The position numbers and the translations under genes were made by a program. A stretch of DNA of 63,963 bases, counting the filler, from Chiloscyllium plagiosum (lineage: Eukaryota): assembly GCF_004010195.1 (NCBI RefSeq). It is 5 parts of one record of this genome, joined end to end, with 100 filler letters (N's around TTAATTAATTAA, not from the genome) between each part and the next. Parts side by side here need not be neighbours in the genome. Positions count along the whole stretch, not along the records: positions 21,117 to 48,043 come from NC_057716.1; positions 48,144 to 53,656 come from NC_057716.1; 3 more parts are not named here. One strand, written 5' to 3'. The notes beneath the pieces were generated by a model. That model worked only from the letters and a program-made list of their open reading frames with translations. It did no database searches and was not told the origin of the DNA. The stretch's first letter is position 1. Each line of letters begins with the position of its first letter. Shown here in pieces: positions 37,355 to 50,429 of the stretch.

Positions 37355-39357
37355 TATTTCTGGCTGTAACAGCTGCTCCTTTGGAGGTATTTTAGGTGTT
37401 GGAGGTGATTTCCTCGAATTCCAGGAGCAGCAATTACTGTTTCATTTGCTGTTGCATTGTTTTGGAACTTTGGGGAAAAAAAGTCAAAACAACAGCAGTT
37501 TTAGAAGGGAGAAGAACAGACAAAGGAAGCACATGGTGAGGTCTGTGCAGGAGAGAGAGAGAGAGAGAGAGGGGGAGAGAAAAAAAAAGAAACTGACACC
37601 AGAGTGAACCTGCACAGTTACTGCCTTTGCTGTTTGAATTCATGTATCGCTGGACATCGGAGTGTGTCTGGGAAAATTAACAAACAGTGAAATTCACAAC
37701 TGATCTTAGAGGAACTGTTTGGGCGAAGTTCACAGCACAGAATCAAATAAGGTAATTGTTTTAAGTGGCCTACAGAAAGTCTGCAGTAGTGAGTAGAGTG
37801 GGTTCTTTCTTGATTATATGTTTTTTGAGATATGTCTCTTAATTAAATTTAAAATATAAGCCATAACAATTAATCTAACCTGGTTCAGTGTTTTGTAGAG
37901 GAATAAGACAGTGTTATTTTCTGGGTCTGTAGATTGTGTGGAGCAAAAATGGCCTTTAGTAGAGTGATATGTGTTTCTTGTCAGATGTGGGAGTTTAAAG
38001 AGTGTTTAAGGGTTATTGCGGATCATATCTGCCATAAATGCTGTTGGTTGCGACTCTTATCAGATCGAATGGATTGGTTGGACAGACAGTTAGAAGCAAT
38101 GAGGAATTTGCAACAGCAACTGTATGTGATGGATGGCAGTTATAGGAAGGGGGTAACGTCTCAGATACAGTCACATAAATGGGTTAACTCCAGGAAAGGT
38201 AAGAGAGGTAGGCACCTAGTGCAGGGTAAGATCTCATGGAATACAGGGAGAACTAGCCATTCGGGTACAGAACGGGCTCAAAGGTAGAAGACAGAGGGTG
38301 GTGGTGGAGAGTTGTTTTTCAGAGTAGAGGCCTGTGACCAGTGGAGTGCCACAAAGATCAGTGCTGTGTCCTCCACTTTTTGTCATTTACATAAATGATT
38401 TGGATGCGAGCATAAGAGGTACAGTTAGTAAGTTTGCTGATAACACCAAAATTGGAGGTGTAGTGGACAGCGAAGAGGGTTACCTCAGATTACAACAGGA
38501 TCTTAACCAGATGGACCAATGGGCTGAGAAGTGGCAGACAGAGTTTAATTCAGATAAATGTGAGGCACTGCATTTTAGGAAAGTAAATTTTAGCAGGACT
38601 TATTCACTTAATGGTAAGGTCCTAGGGAGTGTTGCTGAACAGAGACCTTGAAGTGCATCTTCAAAGCTCCTTGAAAGTGAAATTTCAGGTAGATAGGGTA
38701 GTGAAGAAGGTATTTGGTATGCTTTCTTTTATTGGTCAGAGTACTGAGTACAGGAGTTGGGAGGTCATGTTGCGGCTGTACAGGACATTGGTTAGGGCAC
38801 TGTTGGATAAATGCATGCAATTCTGGTCTCCTTCCTATCAGAAAAATGTTGTGAAACTTGAAAGGGTTCAGAAAAGATTTACAAGGATGTTGCCAGGGTT
38901 GGAGGATTTGAGCTATAGGGTGAGGCTGAACAGGCTGGGGCTGTTTTCTCTGGAGCATCGGAGGCTGAGGGGGTGACCTTATAGAGGTTTACAAAATTAT
39001 GAGGGGCATGGATAGGGTAAATAGGCAAGGTCTGTTCCCTGGGGTGGGCGAGTCCAGAGCTAGAGGGCATAGGTTTAGGGTGAGAGGGGAAAGATATAAA
39101 AGAGACCTAAGGGGTAACATTTTCACATGGAGGGTGGTACGTGTATGGAATGAGCTGCCAGAGGAAGTGGTGGAGGCTAGTACAAATGTAAAATTTAAAA
39201 GGCATTTGGATGCGTATATGAATAGGAAGATTTTGGAGGGATATGGGCCGGATGCTTGCAAGTGGGGCTAGATTGGGTTGGGATATCTGGTCGGCATGGA
39301 TGGGTTGGACCGAAGGGTTTTCCATGCTGTACATCTCTATTACTCTATGACTCTATG
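37355..39357 (+). mobile_element. Internally deleted CR1 retaining both ends
   Basis: 5' UTR with (GA)n, then ORF1 start MAFSRVICVSCQMW..HICHKC (37949) fused at about 38226 to the RT C-terminal third and an intact tail. Confidence 0.85.
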
Positions 39358-40949
39358 TAGAGGCAAAGTTTAGAAAGGCATTATGTGTTGGCATAAGCGT
39401 GGTGGGCCAAAAAGCCTGTTCCTGTATTGTACAGTTCTGTGTTAAGTGTGGAAATCTGGAAGTTTCCTTTCATGGTATTTTGCCTCTCCACGGGCTACAC
39501 TATTGCAGTGTTTGCTAGTGGGACTTGCACAGAAATTAATGTTCTCCCATGAGCCTGGGCTACAATCTGAGTTTAAAGTAGGTATTGTAGGTAGTCCCTC
39601 TGGCCCTGAAATTTTAATTTCAGAATTCTGGAATCATGTTTCTTCTTAAGGTAATTAATGTAGTGGAACTGAATTTTACTAAAAGTTGGCTGAGTGTTGA
39701 TTTTGGAGAGTTTCATGGAGTGTTTCTCTGAGTTCTCTCATGCTCCACACCTCGATGGTGCCTTGCTTACAGTTTTGGTAAATTCTCCAGCTGTGGGAGG
39801 GTTCACCACTGCCAAAGCCTCCAGGAATTCCCAGCTCAAGTACCATTTTTAAAATGCAGGTCAAATCAAGCTGACCTCAGCCCCTCCCAAAATCTTCATG
39901 TTATTTTCTGGCCAAACGCACCAGTTTTGTTTCTCCTCAGATTCCCAGCCAACCTGTTCGTGTAGCTGTTCATCTGCCCACCTTATCTTCAGTGTCATCA
40001 TATCAAACATAGTCATGAACTGATCGCTCCCCCCAAGGCAAAGACAGGAAGGCAACCAATGACACCTCCCATCCCACAATATCCCCTGCTCTATCATCCA
40101 TCCTCTTCGCAATTATTATCCGCTCTGCATCCCAGCACGGAGAATCCTATATTCTGACAAAGGGTCACTGAACTTGAAACATTAACTCTCATTTGTCTCT
40201 TTACACATGCTGCCAGACTTGCAGACTTTCTCTCGTGCTTTCCATTTTTGACTAGCCAATCAAAAAACAGCATCGCCACTGAAGCAGTGGCTGCTGATAA
40301 CCTCCCTTGATCTGCAGTGGACAGGTATGCTGAACTGGCTGAGGTCTAAGTGACAATCAACTGGACCCTGCTGAAATCTGCACAATTCCCTGACCAACCA
40401 CCAAATCCCAGGATTTGTTGAACTGGTCCCACAGGACTGACCGCGTCCCACTTCCCAGGGTATGGACCGTCTTATCCAGAATTGATGAAGCAGCTGACAG
40501 ACTGTGTCCAAATCCTGGACAATATCAGACAATGCCCTTGATTAACTGTACTGATATCTCCTTACAGCTACCAGTATCCCTTGACTTGACTGAGGATGGG
40601 GACATGGCCATTTGTTTAAAAAACATCAACACTACTGGAACACGGGGTTGGTGTAATATTGCTGCAGCACATGATATGGAACAACATGTCCGCCCCCTCA
40701 ATCAATCGTTACTGACAACAATGACAAGTTGCCTAGATATCCGAAAGGTAGATGTACTGTAAGCATCCATGCAGAAACAAAGTTATTGTGTGCGAAGGGA
40801 GGAGTCCTGAGATGTAGCCTGATTCAGTCCAGTAAGTGGATGCCTGTCCCTGTGCACTGGGGTGCTGGCAGCAGCATTACAATGAAAGGGGCCGCACTGC
40901 TCCAAAGTGCAGCACTGAAGTGGACAGCTGTGTTCTGAGAGGGGACAGA

Positions 40950-41471
40950 GATTAGACTAGATTCCCTACATTATGGAAACAGGCCCTTCAGCCCAACAAG
41001 TCCACTCCGACCCTTCAAACAGTAACCCACCCAGACCCATTCCCCTATCCTATATTTACCCCTGACCATGGGTAATTTAGCATGACAAATTCACCTAACC
41101 TGCACATCTTTGGAAGGGAACTGGAGCACCCGAAGGAAACCCACACAGATACAGGGAGATTAGATTAGATTACTTACAGTGTGGAAACAGGCCCTTCGGC
41201 CCAACAAGTCCACACCAACCCGCCGAAGCGAAACCCACCCATACCCCTACATTTACCCCTTACCTAACACTACGGGCAATTTAGCATGACCAATTCACCT
41301 GACCTGCACATCTTTGAACTGTGGGAGGAAACCGGAGCACCCGGAGGAAGCCCATGCAGACACAGGGAGAACGTGCAAACTCCACACAGTCAGTCGCCTG
41401 AGGCGGGAATTGAACCCGGGTCGCTGGCGCTGTGAGGCAGCAGTGCTAACCACTGTGCCACTGTGCCGCCC
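40950..41471 (-). mobile_element. Two tandem HE1-type V-SINEs (partial 40950-41157, complete 41158-41471)
   Basis: Two tails and two V-domains but only one tRNA head. Confidence 0.88.
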
Positions 41472-41555
41472 AAATTGATGAATTGTCAGTTCCAGATTTC
41501 ATTCCTCACTTCAGGAATGCTGACACCACAATAAACACTGAGAGAAAAATGCCCA

Positions 41556-41627
41556 TTCCCTGTCTGTGAATTGAACCCAGGTCGCAGCAGTGAAAGCACA
41601 GACTCCAAACCACTAGACCACCAGGGA
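41556..41627 (-). pseudogene. tRNA-Glu(TTC) pseudogene
   Basis: 72 nt TCCCTGGTGGTCTAGTGGTTTGGAGTCTGTGCTTTCACTGCTGCGACCTGGGTTCAATTCACAGACAGGGAA, colinear with vertebrate tRNA-Glu. Mismatches in the D, anticodon, T and acceptor stems. TTTTT lies 6 nt downstream. Confidence 0.85.
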
Positions 41628-41791
41628 AAGTTGTGCAAATGATGATGTGGTGTCTGATGCCAACCTCTGCAGAGGTTGGTGAGGGTGATTGCAAGTGGTC
41701 ACTGCCCTTGGGGTTTAGCGTCTGGAAGTGGAGGCCTGGAAGAGCAAGCAGGGGATTCACCAGGTTCCTACTCTGACTTCCAGTCACCAAT

Positions 41792-42427
41792 TGTTACCAT
41801 CTAGCTTCTATCTAATGTGTGGAAGAATAGGAACCTACACATCAAGGTGAGATTGGGTTCTATTTTAGAAGGAAATGGATGCTGTTACTTTAAAAAAGAT
41901 ATTTTGTCCTTGGGTTTTTTCAAGAGAGGTTGTAAAGGCAGAGGTACTGAAATGCCTGTAAATGCTTACTTTAACAATGGCAGGGGACTGGCCAGTTCTC
42001 CCACTTCAGGTTTGGTTTAGTTGTAGCAGAATCTGCTGCAGTGCAAAAGGTTCCAAGCTTTAGCAGATGATTCCCCGCTGACCTTTCTGTGTGAAATCTC
42101 TCCTGCCTGTAAGATCCTGCGTTTGAATTTACCTTTATCCAAGGGGTGTAGTTATGGGATGTTATGGGAATTGGAACAGCTCCTAAGTTAAGTTGCTATT
42201 TTGAGTCGGTTAAGTTTTCCTATAGTTAAGTTACTCTAAATTCTGTTTTCTTTTGTTTGTATTTCAATTGTAGTTTTTAAATAAATTCAATTTTGCTTAA
42301 AGCTGAGTGGTTTGACCAACTGCATCACACATGGAGCACTTACTTCACATCTGTCTTTAAAATAAAAAAATTAGGTTTAGGCTACCTCCTTAAAATACTT
42401 TGAGGGGGTCTGACCTGGTCCATAACA
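41792..42427 (+). mobile_element. Solo LTR (636 bp)
   Basis: TGTTA...TAACA termini, internal AATAAA at about 42279, flanks ACCAAT / ACCATT (5 of 6 match). Confidence 0.6.
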
Positions 42428-43792
42428 ACCATTCTCAACTTGTTTACAGAATCGATTGTTTGTTTCTTGACGTTGAGAATGTCAGTTTTCCAAAATTATC
42501 ATGTTTTCCCAATTAACTCACCGTTGCCCAGGTCGTTCAGGGACTGTGAAGAGTCGATCTTAAAATTTCACTGTTAAAAGTTTTTTTTCTGATTTCCTAT
42601 TCAAGTTTGTCCCTTAATACAAAGTGTAATCCCAAAAATATTTCTTCACTTTCTATGTAATGCTTTAAATGCAGTAGATATTTCCTATTCTTTGCTGCCT
42701 ACTTTGCCATCTATAAAAATTCCTCTCTTTGGTTGAACTGCTTCCCTGCTGCTTGCCCACAGACATGGAGGGTGCAATGGATCTGACATGCTCAGATTAG
42801 AAAGCTGAGCTGACAATCTCTCTCAGTTCAGAATAAAGGGGAGTCAATTTAAAACTGAGGAGGAGGAGGAATTTCTTTCAGAGGGTTGTAAGCTTTTGGA
42901 ACTCTTTGTCATAGAGAGCTGTAGGGGCATAGTCCTTGCGTATATTTAAGGCTGAGATAGATTCTTTATCAGTTGGGAATCGTGGGTTATGGGGAAAGGA
43001 CAGGGAAGTAAACGTGAGGAATATCGGATCAGACATGACCCTACTGGATGGAGGGTCAGGCTGGAGGGGCTAAAGAGTACACTCCCAATGCTGTTTCCTA
43101 TGGTCTTATTTAACATCCTTGGGTAGTGATACCTGAAATGAATGGTTAAAAAAAACATAAAATTTGCACAGAACAAATACAACAAACGGTCTAAAAATGT
43201 ATTTGCATTACTTCTAGATAATTTCATTTTAGCTTCTTGTTTAAAATGATGCCAATTTAGAAGTTAACATTTGAGTTGAAAAGCATTTTTAAATAAAGGT
43301 CATCTGGGGACTCGGCAAGATGGTGGTGATTCTGTCGAACTGCTGTGGACGGCTCTGCCTAACAGCCAAGGCACAATAATATGTTTTGCCATCCCTGGTC
43401 AACTTACGTGGAGGAATTATTAAAACCTTACAGAACACATATTCATTATGTTTGGGAGTGGGAGGGATGCCAAAAGGAAAATGAGTGAGCAAACTCCCCT
43501 GCAGCACCAGGTAGACCAGAGGCTGCAGGAGCAGCTTCTCCTGAACCCTGGGGGAACCTGATAGACACACAGGAATTGGCGGCAGTGATGGACAGACTTA
43601 CCGCGAAGGTTGGGGCTGCGATTGACGGGATCCATGCCCGGGTCCAACCCATCGCATCCATGCTGCAGAAACATGAACGGGAGATGCAGGGCCTTGGGGA
43701 ATGGATGGAGGAGGTGGAGTGTCGAACCAAGGCCTGTGAAGCGGTGATTGAGTCCTCATCCGGTCAGAACCAGGTACTGGAATGGGAGGTGA

Positions 43793-44040
43793 GGAGAAAG
43801 TGAGGTCTGCAGATGCTGGAGATCAGAGCTGGAAATGTGTTGCTGGAAAAGCGCAGCAGGTCAGGCAGCATCCAGGGAACAGGAGAATTGACGTTTCGGG
43901 CATAAGCCCTTCTTCAGGAATGAGGAAAGTTTGTCCAGCAGGCTAAGATAAAAGGTAGGGAGGAGGGACTTGGGGGAGGGGAAATGAGGAAACTGGTGAA
44001 ATCCGAGTTCATCCCTTGTGGTTGGAGGGTTCCTAGGCGG
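43793..44040 (-). mobile_element. PLE terminal fragment (family A) inserted in L1 ORF1
   Basis: LGTLQPQGMNSDFTSF followed by a hammerhead core at 43886-43921. It interrupts the L1 frame QVLEWEVR|ALQDQIDNLENR. Confidence 0.82.
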
Positions 44041-44977
44041 AAGGTGAGGGCCTTACAAGACCAGATTGACAACCTCGAAAATCGTGGTCGGAGGACGAAT
44101 CATCCTTGAAATCAGCTTCTTTGAAAACTGGCTGCTGCAGTTCCTGGGCCTTCAAACCGAGTCCAGCCTGCTGCAGACTGAAAGGGCCTATTGGATCGTA
44201 GTTCACAGGTCTGGGCCAGTACAGTGTCCCCGCTCGGTCATAGTGCACTTACCAGGACAAGCAAAAAGTGATAGAAGCCTCCAGATTACTGGGAAAAGAC
44301 CCACAGGCACAACTGCACAAGGGGTCAAAATCATGTTTTTCCAGGATTTCTAGGCAGCTGTAATTCGAAAAAGGAAGTCCTTCGATCAAGTTATAAAGAG
44401 GCTGAGGAACCTGGGCATCTCGTACTCCATGAGGTACCCCGCAGTACTCAGGTTCAGCCACAAGGACTCAGTTTATACATCTGACTCAGTGGATAAAGCC
44501 ATGAACTTTGTAGACACTTTAAATTAGATTGGTCTGAAGAATACGATTAATGTTCGTCCTTTTTTCCTTCTTTCTCTGTGTTTTCTCTTTCCACCTCTTC
44601 TTTTTTGTTTCTCTTTCCCTAATTTTTAAAAAAATCTTGGAATATCATATTTTTATAACTGGATTTTATCATGGGAAATTTTGTGGGTGTCCTATGTCTC
44701 CCTCTTTTTTTTGTCTCTTTCTCTTTTAGTCACCAAGTAGGAGTGACATGGAGGTGGGGATGGGCAGAGTGCTTATCTTGACTTTGTCTTTTTTTTGTTG
44801 ACTTAAGGATCATCTCCTTGTTTAGTTTTTTTTCCCCTAAGGCTGGGGCACAATCTGGCCTTGAAGGAGCTGTGAAAGTGGGGATGGGTAGGGTAAGTGC
44901 CTCTATGGGCAGGGGGGAGAGTCTCCCGTTCAAGGTTTTATAGTTGGTTGTCTTTGTAGTTTTTTGGTAGCAATAGT

Positions 44978-46335
44978 TATAGAGTCATAGAGATGTACAG
45001 CATGGAAACAGACCCTTCGGTCCAACCCATCCATGCCGACCAGATATCCCAACCCAATCTAGTCCCACCTGCCAGCACCTGGCCCATATCCCTCCAAACC
45101 CTTCCTATTCATATACCCATCCAAATGCCTCTTAAATGTTGTAATTGTACCAGCCTCCACCACTTCCTCTGGCAGCTCATTCCATACACGTTCCACCATC
45201 TGAGTGAAAAAGTTGTCTCTTAGGCCTCTTTCATATCTTTCCTCTCTCACCCTAAACCTATGCCCTCTAGTTCTGGACTCCCTGACCCCAGGAAACAGAC
45301 CTTGTCTTTTTATCCTATCCATGCCCATCATGATTTTATAAACCTCTATAAGGTCACCCCTCAGCCTCCGATTACTCCATACTCTGACCAATAAAGGAAA
45401 GCATACCAAACACCTTCTTCACTATCCTATCTACCTGCGACTCCACTTTCAAGGAGCTATGAACTGCACTTCAAGGTCTCTTTGTTCAGCAATACCTCCT
45501 AGGAACTTACCATTAAGTGTATAAGTCCTGCTAACATTTGCTTTCCCAAAATGCAGCACCTCACATTTACCTGAATTAAACTCCATCTGCCACTTCTCAG
45601 CCTGTTGGCCCATCTGATCAAGATCCCGTTGTAATCTGAGGTAACCTTCTTCGCTGTCCACTATACCTCCAATTTCGGCGTCATCAGCAAACTTACTAAC
45701 TATACCTCTTATGCTCGCATCCAAATCATTTATATAAATGACAAAAAGTAGTGGACCCAGCATCGATCCTTGCGGCACTTCACTGCTCACAGGCCTCCAG
45801 TCTGAAAAACAGCCCTCCATGACCACCCTCTGTCTTCTCCTTTGAGCCCGTTCTGTATCCAAATGGCGAGTTCTCCCGTATTCCATGAGATCTAACCTTG
45901 CTCACCAGTCTCCCATGGGGAATCTTGTCAAACGCTTACTGAAGTCCATAGAGATTGTATCTACTGCTCTGCCCTCATCAATCCCCTATTCTCTCCAAAC
46001 GTTACCCTTTTGTCCTTAATGTATTTGTAAAAACCCTTTGGATTCTCCTTAATTCTATTTCCCAAAGCTATCTCATGACCCCTTTTTGCCCTCCTGATTT
46101 CCCTCTTAAGTATACTCCCACTGCCTTTATATTCTTCACTCGATCTATCCTGTCTATACCTGATATATGCATCCTTCTTTTTCTTAACCAAACCCTCAAT
46201 TTCTTTAGTCATCCAGCATTCCCTACACCTACCAGCCTTTCCTTTCACCCTAACAGGAATACGTTTTCTTTGGACTCTCGTTATCTCATTTCTGAAGGCT
46301 TCCCATTTTCCAGCCGTCCCTTTACCTGTGAACAT
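44978..46335 (-). mobile_element. CR1 copy with internal deletions, inserted in L1
   Basis: Motifs KWEAFRNEITRVQ, VPQGSMLGPLLF, KFADD and WNELPEEVV, with the tail at 44978. Confidence 0.9.
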
Positions 46336-47917
46336 ATCGAGGCCTCTGAGGCAAAGTGCCCTCTTATTAACCTGTTCTTCATGGATAAGATGAGGACAGC
46401 TATGGATCACTGCCGGAACCCCATAGTTATTAGTACGGTCAAGGCATGGAGGGTGATGCGTCAGAGTGAGGGTTGCTCATCCAAGACATTGCCACTCATC
46501 CAAGACATTGCCACTCATCCCCATAGTTGGTATGCTGGGGTTCCGTCCATTGGCGATGGACTCAGGGTTCAAACTATAGGCAGCGAGAGGAGCTTCCAGT
46601 TTGGGAGACTTGTTAGAGCGGGAGGTTATGATGTCTTTCGACCAAATGGGTTGCCCAGCAGAGATCTTTTCCATTTTTTTCAGTTTAGAGATTTCATCCA
46701 GAAGAAGACTATATGCTTCTCACTAAGCCCTATAAATCTGATAGAGAGGTTGTTGCTGCGTGGCAGAGCCTGGCAGGATATTAATCATTTATGTGAGGTC
46801 TGGGAGCAAGAGTTCGGAGTGGAGATCTCTTCTGAAACATGGGAACGTGAGAGGACATATGGGAGAACTTGCGAAAGATCTTAATCTGTAATAGAACATG
46901 CACTACACAGTTATACGTTCTGCACAGGGTTCATCTGGCACTGTACCATCTGGCGAAGTTTAAAAAAGGGGCATCTCCAATGTGCCCCAAATGTAAAATA
47001 AGTGTAGGTACTTTTAGCCATCGCTTCTGGACATGCCACAGGCTTCGTGTTTATTAGAGTGCTGTGGCGGGAGAAATAGGGAATGTATTGAGGACCAAAG
47101 TTAAAGTAGACCTGATATCTCTCTTCCCCGGTCTACTTAACTTATTGTTAGATGGGCATGGGAAGAAACTATTTGATATTCTTACTCCTGTGCACAGCAG
47201 AATATTCTGATGAATTGGATGTCTGAGAACCTGCCCGGCTTGCTGGGATGGCAGAAATTATGGAGCACATTCCCTTGGACTTTTTCCACAAATCTGGTGC
47301 ACCACACAACAGACCATTTTTAGAAGCGGTGGCAGCCCTTTTTGAGTTATTTGGATAAAGATTTGTCTGCTATCTTAACGAGGATGTTTGTTTAACCAGG
47401 ATGGGCACTGGAGGAGGGTATATGCACAACGCTCCCATTCTTTTGTTTGGGAGCTTTGTGCTGAGCATTGCATTTTATGTTTTTGTGTGTTCTTTTTGTT
47501 TGATTAGTCACTTATTTATTGGTGTTGTTTTGCACAGTGTTAGGTTTTGTTTTGTATTATAGGTTAGGTTAGTAGTTCGTAGAAGGTAGTTGTATTGTAA
47601 TTTGCATTTTTCTTTATTATACTGGTATTTGTCATTTGTAATATTTTCAATAACTTTACAATTTGTGAAGCCAAAAAATTTTTTTTCTTGCGATATAAAT
47701 TTACAAAAAAAGTCATTTATCTCCACCTGGTGGCACAGACATGAAATTTCAGGACATGTTTTGGACTATATGCTCAATGAGAAGATTTTAACCTACTGTG
47801 AATCCTCTTGCAAGGATGCCTTTCTTGAAGAAGCTCTCTTCCTCCCTCTACAAGGATTTCAGTGAGTCCCTCTCTCACTGCACACCCCAGGTCATCTCCT
47901 CTGCCCAGAAGTTCTTC

Positions 47918-48043
47918 AGTTGAGGCTAAACGCCAGCTCGCGGACACCTCCTCCTACTGCCCCCTTGACCATGACCCCACCTCCCACCACCAAACCATCA
48001 TCTCCCAGACCATCCATAACCTCATCACCTCAGGAGATCTCCC
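47918..48043 (+). mobile_element. PLE RT N-terminal fragment (runs into a gap)
   Basis: EAKRQLADTSSYCPLDHDPTSHHQTIISQTIHNLITSGDL. Confidence 0.8.
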
Positions 48044-48614
48044 NNNNNNNNNNNNNNNNNNNNNNNNNNNNNNNNNNNNNNNNNNNNTTAATTAATTAAN
48101 NNNNNNNNNNNNNNNNNNNNNNNNNNNNNNNNNNNNNNNNNNNCTTTAAGTGGCAATTGGATAGGTACATGGATGGGTGCTTAAGCTAGGACAAATGTTC
48201 GGCACAACATCGTGGGCTGAAGGGCCTGTTCTGTGCTGTATTGTTCTATGTTCTATGTTCTATGTTCTAACTGTATGATCGATTCCCAAGACCTTAACAG
48301 TTTAGGCCATGAACAAGATAATGGGAAGCCATCTGATTGCCACAAGCTCAAGAGCTCTCTCTACGCTATGCCACTTTGTATTTGAAGAAAAACAGTTCAT
48401 TTTACCTTCAGGATTTCTTGGAGGTTGTGACTTTTAATGAATAAGCTAGAGACTGCTTATGAGTGTAAGCCAGTTACTCTGCACCTCCTGCAATCCCAGT
48501 GAAAGCATTTGGAGAGAGAAGATTGGGAAACAGCAGTCTGATAAAAACAAAGAACATCTCAGCAGATTTTGTATGTGGGTACTAATGAACTTCTGCCCAA
48601 GGTTTTTTCCCTCC

Positions 48615-48615
<1 letters not shown>

Positions 48616-48704
<89 letters not shown>
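48616..48704. repeat. (GT)n microsatellite, about 44 units
   Basis: Perfect dinucleotide run. Confidence 0.98.
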
Positions 48705-48705
<1 letters not shown>

Positions 48706-50429
48706 CCTTGTAGACTTACATGCCACCAGTTCATAACTGCTTACCTGTAACTAGAATCTGTTTATTTCAAATAATGATTAATTCTTGTTAAGTGCAGAAA
48801 CTTGATCCATATATTTAATCAACCTGAGTCTAAACAGATTGGCAATTTGGGGAACTCTGTGAACTTCTTTAAATCTTTAACACTTGTGACCACTCTGAGA
48901 AGAGCAAAGCTTGATTTCCAATGTGCAAACCCAATGAGCCATATCAGTTCATGGACCCAGCCATATAATATGAGACGTGTATCTGGAAGGCTAGGCTTCT
49001 TCCTGGAAGTTCTAGTGAGTGCACACTTCTGCTGAAGAATCTTTCATAACCAAATTTCATTGCTTAAACTGTTACACTGTAAGGTATGCAGGCTGTACAG
49101 TCCACCTAATTCATGAGAAATCTTATTCTTGCGAGATAGTCACATTGGCTATCACCAGCAAATCTGACCAGGTTAAGCAAGGGGCACTCAAAACAAAAGG
49201 GCACAATCTAAAAGTTATAGATACATGTGGGAAGATATAGCAACGAGTTAAACCTAAAATGATTATCAGATGCGCCAGAAGGATCCTGGAGAATGGAGGT
49301 AGGCAACTGGGAAGCAGAAGGAAGAGTCATAATGATAAGGGCAAGATGGACAAGTAAGAATGGGAGATCCATATTGAATATGGCGAATAGAATGGGACCA
49401 TGCTGTGTGCTAGTGAAGTGAAAAAGATGGTGCACTGAATAAGAGGCAGAGCAGAACAAGGAGTGGGCATGGGAACTGGATGGGTGTGGGCTTAGACGGA
49501 AGCTCAGGAAGGTCAAAGGAAATCAGGAATGCGGCTATGGCGACAGGGGAGATTAAAGCACCACAAATGGGACATCAGAGGATAGGAAAAGGCTGTCCTC
49601 AAAGACTGTCCACTGTCCATTCCCAAGGGGATGGAGAAGAGTGTAGGTTAGAGGGAAGAGGAATAAAGGTGAAGGAATTGAAAAATATTTATGTGTGCGA
49701 TTCTTTTCCTCAGTGGGGTCAATATAGAGGCTCTCGCTCAGAATACACTGTAGAAATGGGAGGGGCCTGAGGTCTGTTTGCCTGAGTTCCTGTACAGCTC
49801 AAACGTCCGAATGTGTGTGAAGCAAAACAGCAACCAAAAAGTGACAACAGTGTCCACACTCCATTAAGGATGTAACACTGGAAAGAAGCACTCACTGTAG
49901 CATACAGGCTAAAAGGCTCTAACCACTCTGGACACTGACAACCCAAATAGGTCACATCATGCATTGAACTCTGAGCTGAAGGACACATCAACAGCGTTGG
50001 TAGTGGGACTGGATGTGTTGGTCTATTTGAAACAATGCAGTAGCCTTCACCACATATATATGCTAATGATTCCAAGGTTCCAAGGCTAAGTCGCAGGATA
50101 TAAGAAGGCCACCAGTGTCAGAGTGAGTTACATGCCACGTGCAGAAAATGCACATTAATGCTGAAGGCTGTAAATTCCTTGGACATGACTGAATGAGGAC
50201 AAGCAGCCATGCGTCATGCAGGTTAAGCTACTCCGTGTTGCAGTGGCTGCAGGGCAGGTTTTTGCTTAAGATAAGCAGCCTGATAAGGTTAGGTTGGCTA
50301 GGAGAGATTTTCAAAAGCAAATCAAACATCAACTTGGCTACTATTTGCTCACAGATCCCTATTTCAGTGTAAATTGCTTGGCCAGCTAAATTCAGTAGCT
50401 CTAGTGGTTTGGTACATTGACAGAAGAAC

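Larger units (their letters stand above)
43306..47711 (+). mobile_element. L1 LINE, 5'-intact with most of ORF2 missing
   Basis: ORF1 (coiled coil, DNLENRGRR, ERAY, IMFFQDF, SMRYPAVLRF) at about 43467-44527. ORF2 C-terminus with the CPKC..H..WTC knuckle at 46336-47400. T-rich 3' UTR and A tail. Degenerate TSD at a TT/AAA site. Confidence 0.88.

Noticed and set aside
40270..40345. Minus-strand GYQQPLL, resembling the STAM2 C-terminus expected upstream of CACNB4
   Set aside because: No stop follows LL, an in-frame stop lies about 20 codons upstream, and there is no other similarity. Likely chance.
45955..46884. Longest ORF in the window (309 aa) as a novel fusion gene
   Set aside because: It is a chance read-through from antisense CR1 into a frameshifted L1 ORF2 fragment.
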